Of a stretch of DNA of 64,000 bases, positions 30,103-39,998 are shown piece by piece. Where the stretch lies: positions 80,908 through 144,907 of the IMG/VR virus record IMGVR_UViG_3300027708_000026; one strand, 5' to 3'. The translations under genes and the position numbers were made by a program. The stretch is from a virus. Under the pieces are notes generated by a model. It was not told the DNA's origin. It searched no databases and saw only the letters and a program-made list of their open reading frames with translations. The stretch's first letter is position 1. Every line of letters starts with the position of its first letter.

Positions 30103-31098
30103 ATGGCAACTTTAGCAGAAATTCGCGCGAAGCTACAAGCTTCTTCACAACAAAATACTGGCACAGGCGGTGGAGACAATGGCATATTTGCCCATTGGAA
30201 CATTGCAGAGGGACAAACAGCAACAGTTCGTTTCCTTCCAGACGCAGATACTAACAATACTTTTTTCTGGATTGAACGTGCAATGATCAAATTGCCCTTC
30301 GCCGGAGTCAAAGGTGACACCAACAGCAAACCCGTTACTGTGCAGGTTCCTTGTATGGAAATGTGGGGAGAGCAATGCCCAGTATTGACAGAAGTCCGTC
30401 CGTGGTTCAAAGACAAATCTTTGGAAGATATGGGTCGCAAGTACTGGAAAAAGAAAAGTTACTTGTTCCAAGGACTTGTAATCAATTCACAAATGCAGGA
30501 AGACAAAGTTCCTGAAAATCCAATCCGTCGCTTTATCATGAGCAGCCAAATTTTTAACATTGTTAAGAATGCACTGATGGATAATGAGATTGAAGAAATG
30601 CCCACTGACTTTGTTCGTGGCTTGGATTTCAAGATCGCAAAAACATCTAAGGGTGGTTATGCTGACTATACAACATCCAGCTGGTCACGTCGTGAACGTG
30701 CATTGACTACTGACGAATTGGCAGCAGTCAAGCAGTATGGTTTGTTTGATTTGAAATCGTTCCTTCCTAAGAAGCCTAACGATGCAGAATTAAACTGCAT
30801 TAAAGAAATGTTCACAGCATCAGTGGATGGTGAAGCATTTGATATGGATCGTTGGGGACAATACTACAAACCCGATGGTATGAAAGGTAACTTCCAAGCA
30901 CGTAACGAAGCGGCAGCGCCAGCAGCTCGTCCTGCTCCAGTAGCAGCACCAATTGAGGATGACGATATCCCTTTTGAACCTGCGGCAGCAACACCCGCTA
31001 AAGTGGTTGCATCAGAAGCAGCCAAACCAGCAGGCGAAGCAGGTTCACGTGCAGCAGACATTATTGCAATGATTCGCAATCGTCAGCAAGCTCAATAA
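30103..31098 (+). CDS. Single-stranded DNA-binding protein (T4 gp32-like)
   Basis: VRFLP, C.....E.CPV, G.DFKI.K...GGYADY..S, DDDIPF acidic tail. Confidence 0.9.
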   Translation: MATLAEIRAKLQASSQQNTGTGGGDNGIFAHWNIAEGQTATVRFLPDADTNNTFFWIERAMIKLPFAGVKGDTNSKPVTVQVPCMEMWGEQCPVLTEVRPWFKDKSLEDMGRKYWKKKSYLFQGLVINSQMQEDKVPENPIRRFIMSSQIFNIVKNALMDNEIEEMPTDFVRGLDFKIAKTSKGGYADYTTSSWSRRERALTTDELAAVKQYGLFDLKSFLPKKPNDAELNCIKEMFTASVDGEAFDMDRWGQYYKPDGMKGNFQARNEAAAPAARPAPVAAPIEDDDIPFEPAAATPAKVVASEAAKPAGEAGSRAADIIAMIRNRQQAQ

Positions 31099-31112
31099 TT
31101 AGGAGATAGACA

Positions 31113-32168
31113 ATGGGAAAGGCTTTTGATATAAGCAAGTTCCGGAAGTCTATCACTAAGTCTATTGATGGACTTGGTATTGGATTTAACGATCCAACTG
31201 ATTGGATTTCTACCGGAAACTATGCATTAAACTATCTCATCTCGGGGGACTTCTTTAGGGGAGTTCCTTTAGGTAAGGTTACGGTGTTCGCTGGCGAAAG
31301 TGGTGCTGGAAAGAGTTATATCTGTTCTGGAAACATTATTCGACATGCCCAAGAAGCGGGTATATTTGTTATCTTAGTTGATAGCGAAAATGCGCTAGAC
31401 GAAAAATGGTTGATTGATTTAGGTGTTGATACTAATGAAGATAAACTGCTAAAACTTAACATGGCCATGATCGATGATGTAGCAAAAACTATATCTGAAT
31501 TCATGAAAGAATACAAATTGATGCCAGAAGAATCTCGTCCAAAGATTCTTTTTGTCATTGATAGTTTGGGTATGTTGTTGACTCCTACTGATGTGAATCA
31601 GTTCGAAGCAGGCGAGATGAAGGGTGATATGGGCCGCAAGCCCAAGGCACTGACAAGTCTCGTTCGTAACTGCGTGAACATGTTTGGCTCCTGGAATGTT
31701 GGTTTAGTTTGTACTAATCACACATACGCAAGTCAGGACATGTTTGATCCAGATGACAAAATCTCAGGTGGACAAGGTTTTATCTATGCTAGCTCTATTG
31801 TAGTTGCTATGCGTAAATTGAAATTGAAGACCGACGAAGATGGTAACAAAACTACCACCATAAATGGTATTCGTTCAGCCTGTAAGATTATGAAAACACG
31901 CTATGCTAAACCTTTTGAATCAGTACAAGTTGAGATTCCATATTCGACGGGTATGAGCCCATTTAGTGGTTTAGTTGATTTGTTTGAAGCCAAAGGCAAG
32001 TTGAAGAAAGAAGGCAACAGTCTTGTTTACACAACTAAGGATGGCGAAATCATCAAGCAATTCCGCAAAGCGTGGAACAGTAATGACAAAGATGGACTAA
32101 CTACAATTATGGCTGAGTGGGAAGAAACAGCAACACCAATAACTATAGAAGAAACAGAGGAAGCATAA
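31113..32168 (+). CDS. uvsX: RecA-like recombinase
   Basis: GESGAGKS Walker A, DSENA, VIDSLG, NHTY, SGGQG, KTR. Confidence 0.93.
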   Translation: MGKAFDISKFRKSITKSIDGLGIGFNDPTDWISTGNYALNYLISGDFFRGVPLGKVTVFAGESGAGKSYICSGNIIRHAQEAGIFVILVDSENALDEKWLIDLGVDTNEDKLLKLNMAMIDDVAKTISEFMKEYKLMPEESRPKILFVIDSLGMLLTPTDVNQFEAGEMKGDMGRKPKALTSLVRNCVNMFGSWNVGLVCTNHTYASQDMFDPDDKISGGQGFIYASSIVVAMRKLKLKTDEDGNKTTTINGIRSACKIMKTRYAKPFESVQVEIPYSTGMSPFSGLVDLFEAKGKLKKEGNSLVYTTKDGEIIKQFRKAWNSNDKDGLTTIMAEWEETATPITIEETEEA

Positions 32169-32410
32169 TGGAAGAAGATCTAATCATTGAAATCTGGGAT
32201 GTGTTCAAAGAATATATCTCTGATAAAAATAAGGACACCGCTGCAAATCATTTTGTAGATTTCTTATTAGGTAAGGATGTTGAAACTGATGTACTGAAAT
32301 CATTAGTGGGTTATGATTCATCCTTAGATGAAGCAATCGCATTGGTCATCGATGAGGGTGAAATCGATGATTACGAAGACGACGACGGTTACTACGAAGA
32401 AGAGGACTAA
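32168..32410 (+). CDS. Small acidic hypothetical protein (start MEEDL)
   Basis: The ATG overlaps the uvsX stop (TAATG). Confidence 0.65.
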   Translation: MEEDLIIEIWDVFKEYISDKNKDTAANHFVDFLLGKDVETDVLKSLVGYDSSLDEAIALVIDEGEIDDYEDDDGYYEEED

Positions 32411-32412
32411 CA

Positions 32413-32868
32413 ATGTCCTGGTATGCTAAAGTCAGCAAGGACATAGCACACCTTCCAGATTGTCTAGATCATTACTATAATGAAATAGAACTTGCGCGGC
32501 GAGAAGTTAAAATCCACGGCAGTGTGGAAAAAGCTTCTGCCGCCTTGCCTGGAATCGTTGAACAGAGATTTAATCAGCTTCAAGAAATTGAAGCTGTATT
32601 AGAATATCTTAACATCGAACTACGTCGAATCAAATCCAAAACTTTTAGAAAATATCTAGAAAACTATCAACGTGCGCTGAGTAGTAGAGACTGCGAAAAG
32701 TTTGCCGAAGGCGAGCCTGATGTTGTAGATATGGAAAAAGTTATCAACGAGTTTGCCATGTTGAGGAATCAATGGCTGGGCATCATCAAAGGCTTAGACA
32801 TCAAACAATGGCAATTGAGCAATATTATCAAATTAAGGGCTGCGGGTCTTGAAGATATCTCATTATGA
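32413..32868 (+). CDS. uvsY: Recombination mediator (UvsY-like)
   Basis: Helical 151 aa downstream of uvsX; C-terminal IKGLD.K.WQL.NII.LR.AG. Confidence 0.7.
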   Translation: MSWYAKVSKDIAHLPDCLDHYYNEIELARREVKIHGSVEKASAALPGIVEQRFNQLQEIEAVLEYLNIELRRIKSKTFRKYLENYQRALSSRDCEKFAEGEPDVVDMEKVINEFAMLRNQWLGIIKGLDIKQWQLSNIIKLRAAGLEDISL

Positions 32869-32883
32869 GTGTATAATAGTGCT

Positions 32884-34068
32884 ATGTACATTGAAGACTT
32901 AATCATATCTCTAATACACAATCGTGTGCCAGTGAACGCATGGGATAAGGGTGTTGTTGTCAGCTTCTACACACAGATCCACGATCTTACCGGCTTCACT
33001 GAAAAGCAGTCGGCATTGGCTTTGAGAATATGTAAAAGATATGCTTCATCTCTTTCCTTACACGCCAAACAAGATGTTACGCCATTTTTAGAAAATCCAA
33101 AATTTCGTAATACAATTAGGAAATCAGTGAACAGTCGAATTATTAAAATAGTTGATGATGAATACTTACATCGAGTTATCGAAGTTAATTTTCCCTATGA
33201 TGAGAAAATGATTGCAGAAATCAGAGAATTCAAAAATCAAAATCATGATAATCTTGTGGTATGGAGCAAGGAAAAGTCTTCATGGTCGTTCTGTTTGAAT
33301 GAGCCAAACATTAAATTCTTATCAGATCATTTTAAAAATACTGGTGCTGATATTGATATGGAATTTCAAAATTACTCCGATCAGTTAGAACCAATTGTTT
33401 CTAATCTTCAAAATCATATTCCCATGTTGACTGCTAGAGATGGGAGATTGGCTATTACTAACGCTCCTAAAACTATGCCAGAAATCAAAACTGGAAATAT
33501 ATTAGAAGCAGTATTTGCTGCTAGACAGTATGGTATTACCATGTGGGATGAAACGATTGATGATTTTATAAACAGCGATTATGTCGATGAATCCACTAGG
33601 GAATTCTTGAAATCAGATTATCGAGCTACAACTAAGTTATCAGCGGATGGAAATGGCATCTGTTGTTTAGGAAACATGGCGAGATTTTTAGGACCAATGT
33701 TGTTTATCATTCCGGGCGGAAGCGAATACCGTAAGATACAGCAAATACATACTGTGCTAAGTGATATAGGAATAACCGATAAAAAAATGAGTGTTTTGTT
33801 CAGATTAAGCAGCGAAACCGGCAGAGAATTTAATGATTTTGTTAAAAATCATTCATTAAATAACCCTATTTCTGAAGAGACACAGGTAGTGTTTGTAAGT
33901 GGTAAGTTACCTAAACCATTGATTGAATCTGGAATACGATTCAACAGCGTGGTGAATGTTGGATTTAATAATGCCCATTATACCCTAAGAGAATATGCAA
34001 AAAATCATCAAAATGTAGTATACTTTGAACTAGAAAAACAAAAGGGATCAGATTTTGGCCACATGTAA
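32884..34068 (+). CDS. Hypothetical protein (probable start MYIEDL)
   Basis: TTGAAG-17-TATAAT (32849-32877) lies 6 nt before ATG 32884; FTEKQ..LA and FPYD motifs. Confidence 0.6.
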   Translation: MYIEDLIISLIHNRVPVNAWDKGVVVSFYTQIHDLTGFTEKQSALALRICKRYASSLSLHAKQDVTPFLENPKFRNTIRKSVNSRIIKIVDDEYLHRVIEVNFPYDEKMIAEIREFKNQNHDNLVVWSKEKSSWSFCLNEPNIKFLSDHFKNTGADIDMEFQNYSDQLEPIVSNLQNHIPMLTARDGRLAITNAPKTMPEIKTGNILEAVFAARQYGITMWDETIDDFINSDYVDESTREFLKSDYRATTKLSADGNGICCLGNMARFLGPMLFIIPGGSEYRKIQQIHTVLSDIGITDKKMSVLFRLSSETGREFNDFVKNHSLNNPISEETQVVFVSGKLPKPLIESGIRFNSVVNVGFNNAHYTLREYAKNHQNVVYFELEKQKGSDFGHM

Positions 34069-35515
34069 AGTTGTTATTAAAGATGAAGTCAATGTTAAGA
34101 TAGAAAATCTAGACTTAGATACACGCAAGGCATTGGTCAAAAAATTCAAATATGAGGATCCATCTGCTCGATTTAGGCCCAGCTATAAACTAGGTAGGTG
34201 GGATGGTAGCATCAGCTTCTTTGGATTAGGCGGTACTACCTATATGAGTATGCTAGGTCCGGTGTTAGAATATCTAGAAAGCAAGAATTTTTACATCGAA
34301 GTAGAAGATCATCGAACTAGTGAGCCCTTAGAATTTCCTGAAATCTTTGAGGACTTTTGGGGAGACCAAACATGGCCCGAAGGACATAGATTTGCCGGAG
34401 AGAAGATTGTGCTGCGCGATGACCAAGTGGATGTTATCAATAAATTTTTAGCCAATCCTCAATGCATTCAAGAAATTGCCACAGGATTTGGTAAAACTAT
34501 TACTACTGCCACGCTGTCGAAGATTTGTGAAAAGTATGGACGCACTATAACTATCGTTCCAAACAAAAGTCTAGTGGAACAAACTGAAGAGGATTTTGTC
34601 AACTGTCAATTAGATGTAGGTGTGTATTACGGTGATAGGAAAGATCTAGACAAGACGCATACAATTTGTACCTGGCAGAGTTTGAACATACTAGATAAAA
34701 ATTCTAAAAATTGGGACGAAGCGGCGTGTGCTCGATTAGAAATGTTATTGGATAATGTACAATGCGTTATGGTCGATGAAGTGCATATGGCCAAAGCTGA
34801 AGTGTTAAAAAATCTACTGACTCGCAATCTTTCAAGGACACCAATTCGGTGGGGATTGACTGGCACTATACCCAAAGCCGAACATGAGTTCCAAAGCATC
34901 CGTGCAAGTTTGGGCGAGGTAGTTAATAGAGTTGCTGCACATACTCTACAAGAGGCCGGAGTGCTTAGTAACTGCCATGTCAATATTATACAAACCGCTG
35001 AATGGAAAGAGTTCGGTAGTTATGCGGAAGAACTGAAATATCTAGTAACTGATCCAACTCGCATGAATTATTTGTGCTCATTGATACAGGGAATTTCAGA
35101 AACGGGAAATACACTGGTCTTAGTCAATAGGATCGAGTCTGGCAAAACTATGGCAGAGAAATTAACTGATGCAGTATTTGTATCGGGCGAAGTTAAAACT
35201 AAAGATAGAAAAGCAGAATATGATGAAATTAAGACAGTTGACAATAAGATTATTGTGGCGACTTACGGTGTGGCCGCTGTGGGTATTAATATTCCTAGGA
35301 TTTTTAATCTGGTTCTTCTGGAGCCCGGAAAGAGCTTTGTACGAGTTATACAGTCGATTGGGCGAGGTATTCGAAAAGCAGACGACAAAGATTTCGTAAC
35401 TATCTGGGATGTAACAGCAGCCAGCAAATACGCCAAACGTCACCTGACAGAAAGAAAGAGATTTTATAAAGAAGCCAAATATCCATTTACGATTGAAAAA
35501 GTAAAATATGTATAA
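34055..35515 (+). CDS. uvsW: SF2 helicase (UvsW-like)
   Basis: ATGFGKT, VDEVH, GLTGT, GINIP, QSIGRG.R. Confidence 0.9.
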   Translation: MATCKVVIKDEVNVKIENLDLDTRKALVKKFKYEDPSARFRPSYKLGRWDGSISFFGLGGTTYMSMLGPVLEYLESKNFYIEVEDHRTSEPLEFPEIFEDFWGDQTWPEGHRFAGEKIVLRDDQVDVINKFLANPQCIQEIATGFGKTITTATLSKICEKYGRTITIVPNKSLVEQTEEDFVNCQLDVGVYYGDRKDLDKTHTICTWQSLNILDKNSKNWDEAACARLEMLLDNVQCVMVDEVHMAKAEVLKNLLTRNLSRTPIRWGLTGTIPKAEHEFQSIRASLGEVVNRVAAHTLQEAGVLSNCHVNIIQTAEWKEFGSYAEELKYLVTDPTRMNYLCSLIQGISETGNTLVLVNRIESGKTMAEKLTDAVFVSGEVKTKDRKAEYDEIKTVDNKIIVATYGVAAVGINIPRIFNLVLLEPGKSFVRVIQSIGRGIRKADDKDFVTIWDVTAASKYAKRHLTERKRFYKEAKYPFTIEKVKYV

Positions 35516-36215
35516 CATCTTTAAGAAAAAAGAAAAACTAAAAATAGACATTTACGGACCGTGTGGCCAACTGATAGATATGTTTCCACCTACCTTGATG
35601 AAGGAGTCGTTGCCAAAATGGTTTGGTAATTTGTCTAATAAACAGAAGCCATATAAAACTGTAAAGGGCTGTCCGGGGCTACATCATCTATATGGCAAGG
35701 GTATTTCATTGCCCTTGTGGTCGGACTATTCTATAGAAATTGGAGAAACTAGTATTGAAAATATTGATTGGCCAAAAAAATCCAATCAGGTGGGTGCAAC
35801 AGCGCATGACTTGGAATTACAAGCGCCCGGTGCTTGGCCCGGTTATAAGAGTATTAAATTTTCAAGCCCGTGGTTTTTCTCCTGCAAAGAACCTGTACCA
35901 TTTGTATGGGTTCAGAATGTTTGGTCGTACGAAGACCCACAACAATTTACCGTAGTGCCGGGTATGACTGAATTTAAATATACACACCAAACACATATCA
36001 ATACATTATGGAAAACTGACGGGAAACCTAGAAAAGAAATATTAAAAGCAGGAACTCCGATGGTTCAACTGGTACCTTTAACTGAGCGTCCTATCGAACT
36101 ATCATTCAACGTGATGACCGAAGAAATTTTCAACCAAAAATTTATGGTTTGGGATTTTACATTCGCTGCATTCTATGCAAAATCAAAATTTGCAATTAAC
36201 AAAAACGAAACATAA
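35508..36215 (+). CDS. Hypothetical protein
   Basis: K.CPG, LPLWSD, KF.SPW and LKAGTP..QL.P motifs. Confidence 0.55.
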   Translation: MYNIFKKKEKLKIDIYGPCGQLIDMFPPTLMKESLPKWFGNLSNKQKPYKTVKGCPGLHHLYGKGISLPLWSDYSIEIGETSIENIDWPKKSNQVGATAHDLELQAPGAWPGYKSIKFSSPWFFSCKEPVPFVWVQNVWSYEDPQQFTVVPGMTEFKYTHQTHINTLWKTDGKPRKEILKAGTPMVQLVPLTERPIELSFNVMTEEIFNQKFMVWDFTFAAFYAKSKFAINKNET

Positions 36216-36217
36216 CT

Positions 36218-36721
36218 ATGCAAATTTTAACCTTAGACAACAAGACCATGTTCTTAAACGATCTACCTAGCGAGATCGATGATGACCTTAGATTTGCTAT
36301 TCTTGATAACAGCGACAGCTCAAACCCCGATCACTTTTTTATACCTTTGATATTTTTAGAAAGTTTTACCGGTCCCGCGGTAGTCTTAAAAATAGGCCCT
36401 CACGAACTCAGCATGCCATTAGATTGGTGTACTATCGTAGGTGATCCAGAGGGTCCTGATATGGAAGTACTACCGCTGACCAGTTTGAATGATCGAGGTT
36501 TTAAAACTTTCTGTTTCAATCCTCGCGGCAGCTTCCGTCCAGAATTTTTAGATATCGACATCATTGATGTGTATCAAGATGTCAAATGGTATTTCCCTAA
36601 AATGCGTCCCGGACATTTGTTATGCACTCCATTAGAAGCCGGTGACAATCCTAGATGTGCTTATTTTGTCAAAGAAGTGAGCCGTCAAAATGAACTCGTA
36701 GATTATACTAAGTGTTGGTAA
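36218..36721 (+). CDS. Hypothetical protein
   Basis: 167-aa ORF in the replication operon. Confidence 0.65.
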   Translation: MQILTLDNKTMFLNDLPSEIDDDLRFAILDNSDSSNPDHFFIPLIFLESFTGPAVVLKIGPHELSMPLDWCTIVGDPEGPDMEVLPLTSLNDRGFKTFCFNPRGSFRPEFLDIDIIDVYQDVKWYFPKMRPGHLLCTPLEAGDNPRCAYFVKEVSRQNELVDYTKCW

Positions 36722-36988
36722 ATGACTCGAATATTTGAAAGCCCGGACAAGGGTGAAACCGTATATGCCAGAGATATGGGTTCAACTGAACGGGTCATTC
36801 ATTCAGAGAGCGAAAAGAGAAAAAGTCTTCACGATGATATAAAAGAATCTCAGCTCTGGGGAAATATTCATCGTGCGGCAAAGACCAATCCTGCTTTACA
36901 AGAAGCATTAGATCGTGTTAAAATAACATACTACCTAACAGCAGATTACGAAAAACGATATGGCAACCGCAAAAACACCAAAACCTAA
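36722..36988 (+). CDS. Hypothetical protein
   Basis: IFESPD.G.TVYAR motif; translationally coupled. Confidence 0.6.
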   Translation: MTRIFESPDKGETVYARDMGSTERVIHSESEKRKSLHDDIKESQLWGNIHRAAKTNPALQEALDRVKITYYLTADYEKRYGNRKNTKT

Positions 36989-37454
36989 AGCAAAGCCAAA
37001 ACTTGACTTAACTAAGGTACTCAACGCCGTTGATTCTAGGAACTACGGATTCTATGATACTCTGACCGAGGAAGAGGTCAAAGGATTCAGTCCATATGTG
37101 CTGATGAGATATACATCGAATGTCAGCTCTAGTGATAAAGGAGTTCATGAATGGTTTATAGAAAGGACCAATGAACGTGTAAATTTGAATCACTGGGACT
37201 TGAGTAAGAATCATGAAGCATTGTTGTGGAAGCTGTGTGCTACAGTAGGTACAGGTGAAAAATACTATCATCAATATGCCAAGGCTCCTGGCAAAGAGTC
37301 AGCTAACAAGATTGAAAAATTGTTATGCGAACTACATCCAGCGATGAAAATGTCTGACATCAAGGTTATGGCAGGTATGATGAGCGATGAGGATTGTAAA
37401 GAGCTATTCGATAAGATGGGATTTGATAAGAAACAAAGGAAGATCTACGAATAA
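36960..37454 (+). CDS. Clamp-loader small subunit-like protein (T4 gp62-like)
   Basis: EE.K.FSPYVLMRY.S...NE.VN pattern. Confidence 0.5.
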   Translation: MATAKTPKPKAKPKLDLTKVLNAVDSRNYGFYDTLTEEEVKGFSPYVLMRYTSNVSSSDKGVHEWFIERTNERVNLNHWDLSKNHEALLWKLCATVGTGEKYYHQYAKAPGKESANKIEKLLCELHPAMKMSDIKVMAGMMSDEDCKELFDKMGFDKKQRKIYE

Positions 37455-37660
37455 TGGAAAACTCTAAAGAAAATACCATGCGTGTACTAAAAGGACAGTT
37501 TCCCATACAGAAACTTCGTTGCCGTATGAATTGGCATAGGTGGACCAGTTGGGAAGTAATTACAAACCCTAATTTTGGAAATACATATGCCCACTGTCAT
37601 TGTGCAGACTGTGGTATGCCACGGCAAGAACTTCCGTACACCAAAAGTAGGAGAATATGA
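37454..37660 (+). CDS. Small Cys/His-containing hypothetical protein
   Basis: C...WH.W..W and C.C..CG; start and stop overlap neighbouring genes. Confidence 0.55.
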   Translation: MENSKENTMRVLKGQFPIQKLRCRMNWHRWTSWEVITNPNFGNTYAHCHCADCGMPRQELPYTKSRRI

Positions 37661-38352
37661 TCGCATTAGTAGAACAACCTTATAATTGTGTACATTGCGG
37701 TAAGAGTTTTATGAAAGATAAAACTCTAGTAGCGCATATGTGTGAGCGCAAACGCCGCGCACTGCAAAAAGACGAGAAGCGTGTGCAAGCAGGCTTTATG
37801 GCATTCAATCGTTTTTGGCAACTGACACAAAATGCCAAGAAGTCTAAGACATATGACAACTTTGCCGACAGCAGTTATTACAATGCATTTGTTAAATTTG
37901 GTGGATTTGTCAATAACATAAATCCCCTGTACCCAGATAAGTTTATCGACTATGTGATCAAAAGTGGAGTCAAGTTGGATCACTGGTGTAGAGATGAATT
38001 GTATGAGAAATATCTTTATGAGATGATCAAAGTCGAGCCAGTTGAAAGCGCAGTACAGCGTTCATTGAAAACAATGATGGAATGGGGAGACGAGCGCGAT
38101 ATGAATTTTTCAGAATACTTCTCTCAGGTCAGCTTAAACAAAGCAGTATATGATATACTAAACGGGAAGATAAGTCCTTGGATAATTTTAAATTGTAACG
38201 CTGGACAGTCCATGGTCAAGGGAATGAGTGATGAGCAGCTGGACATGATTGCTCCGGCATTTGATGTGCCGTACTGGTTGCGTAAATTCCGTGAACTACC
38301 AGCTGATACTGCATTGGTAAAAGAGATATGTTCAGAGGCGGGAATAAAATGA
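37657..38352 (+). CDS. Zinc-finger protein (C2H2/C2HC-like N-terminus)
   Basis: YNCVHCGKSFMKDKTLVAHMC. Confidence 0.65.
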   Translation: MIALVEQPYNCVHCGKSFMKDKTLVAHMCERKRRALQKDEKRVQAGFMAFNRFWQLTQNAKKSKTYDNFADSSYYNAFVKFGGFVNNINPLYPDKFIDYVIKSGVKLDHWCRDELYEKYLYEMIKVEPVESAVQRSLKTMMEWGDERDMNFSEYFSQVSLNKAVYDILNGKISPWIILNCNAGQSMVKGMSDEQLDMIAPAFDVPYWLRKFRELPADTALVKEICSEAGIK

Positions 38353-38738
38353 GTCAGGAAAATGTTAAAAAATTTGTAGAGCATCATCGAATCAATGTTA
38401 TTGATGATAACAAACGTGCCTATAAACATACACGCATGGATGTGAAATATTTTCAGTTTCCCGATGACTATAATAAGATGAATACGACACAGGCGATACA
38501 ATACGAAACTGTAAAACTATTAACAGTGGAAATTACCGAAGATACATTAGAAAGAATAGCAGACTTTGAAACTGAAGTATTCAATAACATGCGAGATCAA
38601 GGTCATTATAGAATGTTTGAAACCTTGATGGAACAGAAGGAAAAAGAAAAATATCTAAGGTTCACATATCCAGCAGTGAAAAAGGCTTACGAACATTATA
38701 GTCTTATGTTAAAACTAGCAGAAAGCGGGGAAATGTGA
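38349..38738 (+). CDS. Hypothetical protein (start MSQEN)
   Basis: ATGA overlap; C-terminal PAVKKAYEHY..ML.LA. Confidence 0.6.
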   Translation: MSQENVKKFVEHHRINVIDDNKRAYKHTRMDVKYFQFPDDYNKMNTTQAIQYETVKLLTVEITEDTLERIADFETEVFNNMRDQGHYRMFETLMEQKEKEKYLRFTYPAVKKAYEHYSLMLKLAESGEM

Positions 38739-39211
38739 CCAACATAGTTAAGGGTAGGACCAGTTATGACTCTACTTCTACTGGCGCCATAATTCCTTTC
38801 CTTAATAGGAATGTCACACCTTATGCTACAGAATCTAGCGGACCAACATTTGATCTAATACCAGTCACTGAACAAAAGGATCTAATGATCAATCATGCCA
38901 GGATGTATGCCCAGCAAGAATATGATCGTATCATGGAATTGGTTCGAGTACTAGAAGGTCAGGCTCGCCAAATTAAAAGAAGATTAGAAATAACAGATGC
39001 AGTACATGCATCAGAATTTCAATTTAAACTGGTCATGGGCAAGTGCTATTGGCTAGTTTGGGACAAGAGAAAAGAAAAAACTCTGTTGGTGCTGCAAGGA
39101 CCTGACGGGTGGAGCACCGGTGTGCCGGAGGATTATGTGTATCAAACCCAAGTTAAATATATGGGAGATCATACTTGGTTAGAAGTTGATGAAGAAGGGG
39201 AACCTATATGA
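38735..39211 (+). CDS. Hypothetical protein, DUF2452-like
   Basis: QA..IK.R.E....V.A....F..V.G..Y.L pattern; family assigned by eye. Confidence 0.45.
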   Translation: MTNIVKGRTSYDSTSTGAIIPFLNRNVTPYATESSGPTFDLIPVTEQKDLMINHARMYAQQEYDRIMELVRVLEGQARQIKRRLEITDAVHASEFQFKLVMGKCYWLVWDKRKEKTLLVLQGPDGWSTGVPEDYVYQTQVKYMGDHTWLEVDEEGEPI

Positions 39212-39396
39212 ATAAGCCAAAACAAGGCAGTAGATGGATTGGTAGCGGGAGTCACGAAGTATTTCGAGTACTGAATACTATTGACATGAAAGATGGACAT
39301 ACCTGGGTACACTACTGTAAAGAAAATGACGGGGATCAGAACTACAGTTGCTACTTAGAAAGTTTTTTAGAACGATTTACAGAAACCGTTAATTAA
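39208..39396 (+). CDS. Small hypothetical protein
   Basis: 62 aa, ATGA-coupled, ends C.LESFL.RF. Confidence 0.55.
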   Translation: MNKPKQGSRWIGSGSHEVFRVLNTIDMKDGHTWVHYCKENDGDQNYSCYLESFLERFTETVN

Positions 39397-39410
39397 TGCT
39401 ATAATAATGT

Positions 39411-39998
39411 ATGCCTGATATCGATGTAGACTTTGCCAATCGTGATGATATTTTAAACATTATCAAACACATACCTGCGGCTATTCGTGATAAGGACACA
39501 CTGAAAAAACATAACACTGGCGTATACTGTTCCACTATCCCCTATAATCCATTAACTGATACTGCCAGTATCGATTATAAAACTGCCGACGAACGTGGAT
39601 ATTTTAAGATAGATTTTTTAAATGTTGGAGCATATCACGGAGTCAAGAACGAAGAACATTTGAAGCAGTTGCTTGACATTGAACCGCTATGGGATTTGTT
39701 AGAATCTAAAGATGTGTGCGATCAATTATTTCACATCAACGGATATCATAACTTGTTGGCAGATTTAAAACCTAAAAGTATCGTTGAACTAGCCATGGTC
39801 CTGGCCATGATCAGACCCGGCAAAAAATATCTCGTCCCAGTATGCAAGGAACAAGGATTCCAGGCCATCAATGATGAAATATGGACTAAGACTGAGGATG
39901 CCTATTTCTTCAAGAAGGCCCACGCCATATCGTATGCGTCGGTTATTGTAGTTCAACTTAACCTCCTATGTGAGCGTATTAGCTGCGGGTACTCTTAA
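39411..39998 (+). CDS. Miniature DnaE / Pol III alpha-like (C-family) palm-fingers fragment
   Basis: MPDIDVDF, KHNTGVY, GYFKIDFL, LAMIRPG and YFFKKAHAISYA appear in the same order as DnaE MPDFDVDF, HAGGVV, GLVKFDFL, ALFRPGP and YGFNKSH..AYA. Confidence 0.8.
   Translation: MPDIDVDFANRDDILNIIKHIPAAIRDKDTLKKHNTGVYCSTIPYNPLTDTASIDYKTADERGYFKIDFLNVGAYHGVKNEEHLKQLLDIEPLWDLLESKDVCDQLFHINGYHNLLADLKPKSIVELAMVLAMIRPGKKYLVPVCKEQGFQAINDEIWTKTEDAYFFKKAHAISYASVIVVQLNLLCERISCGYS

Noticed and set aside
29865-30440. 191-aa minus-strand ORF across the ssb start
   Set aside because: Antisense to two well-supported genes, with no recognisable motifs.
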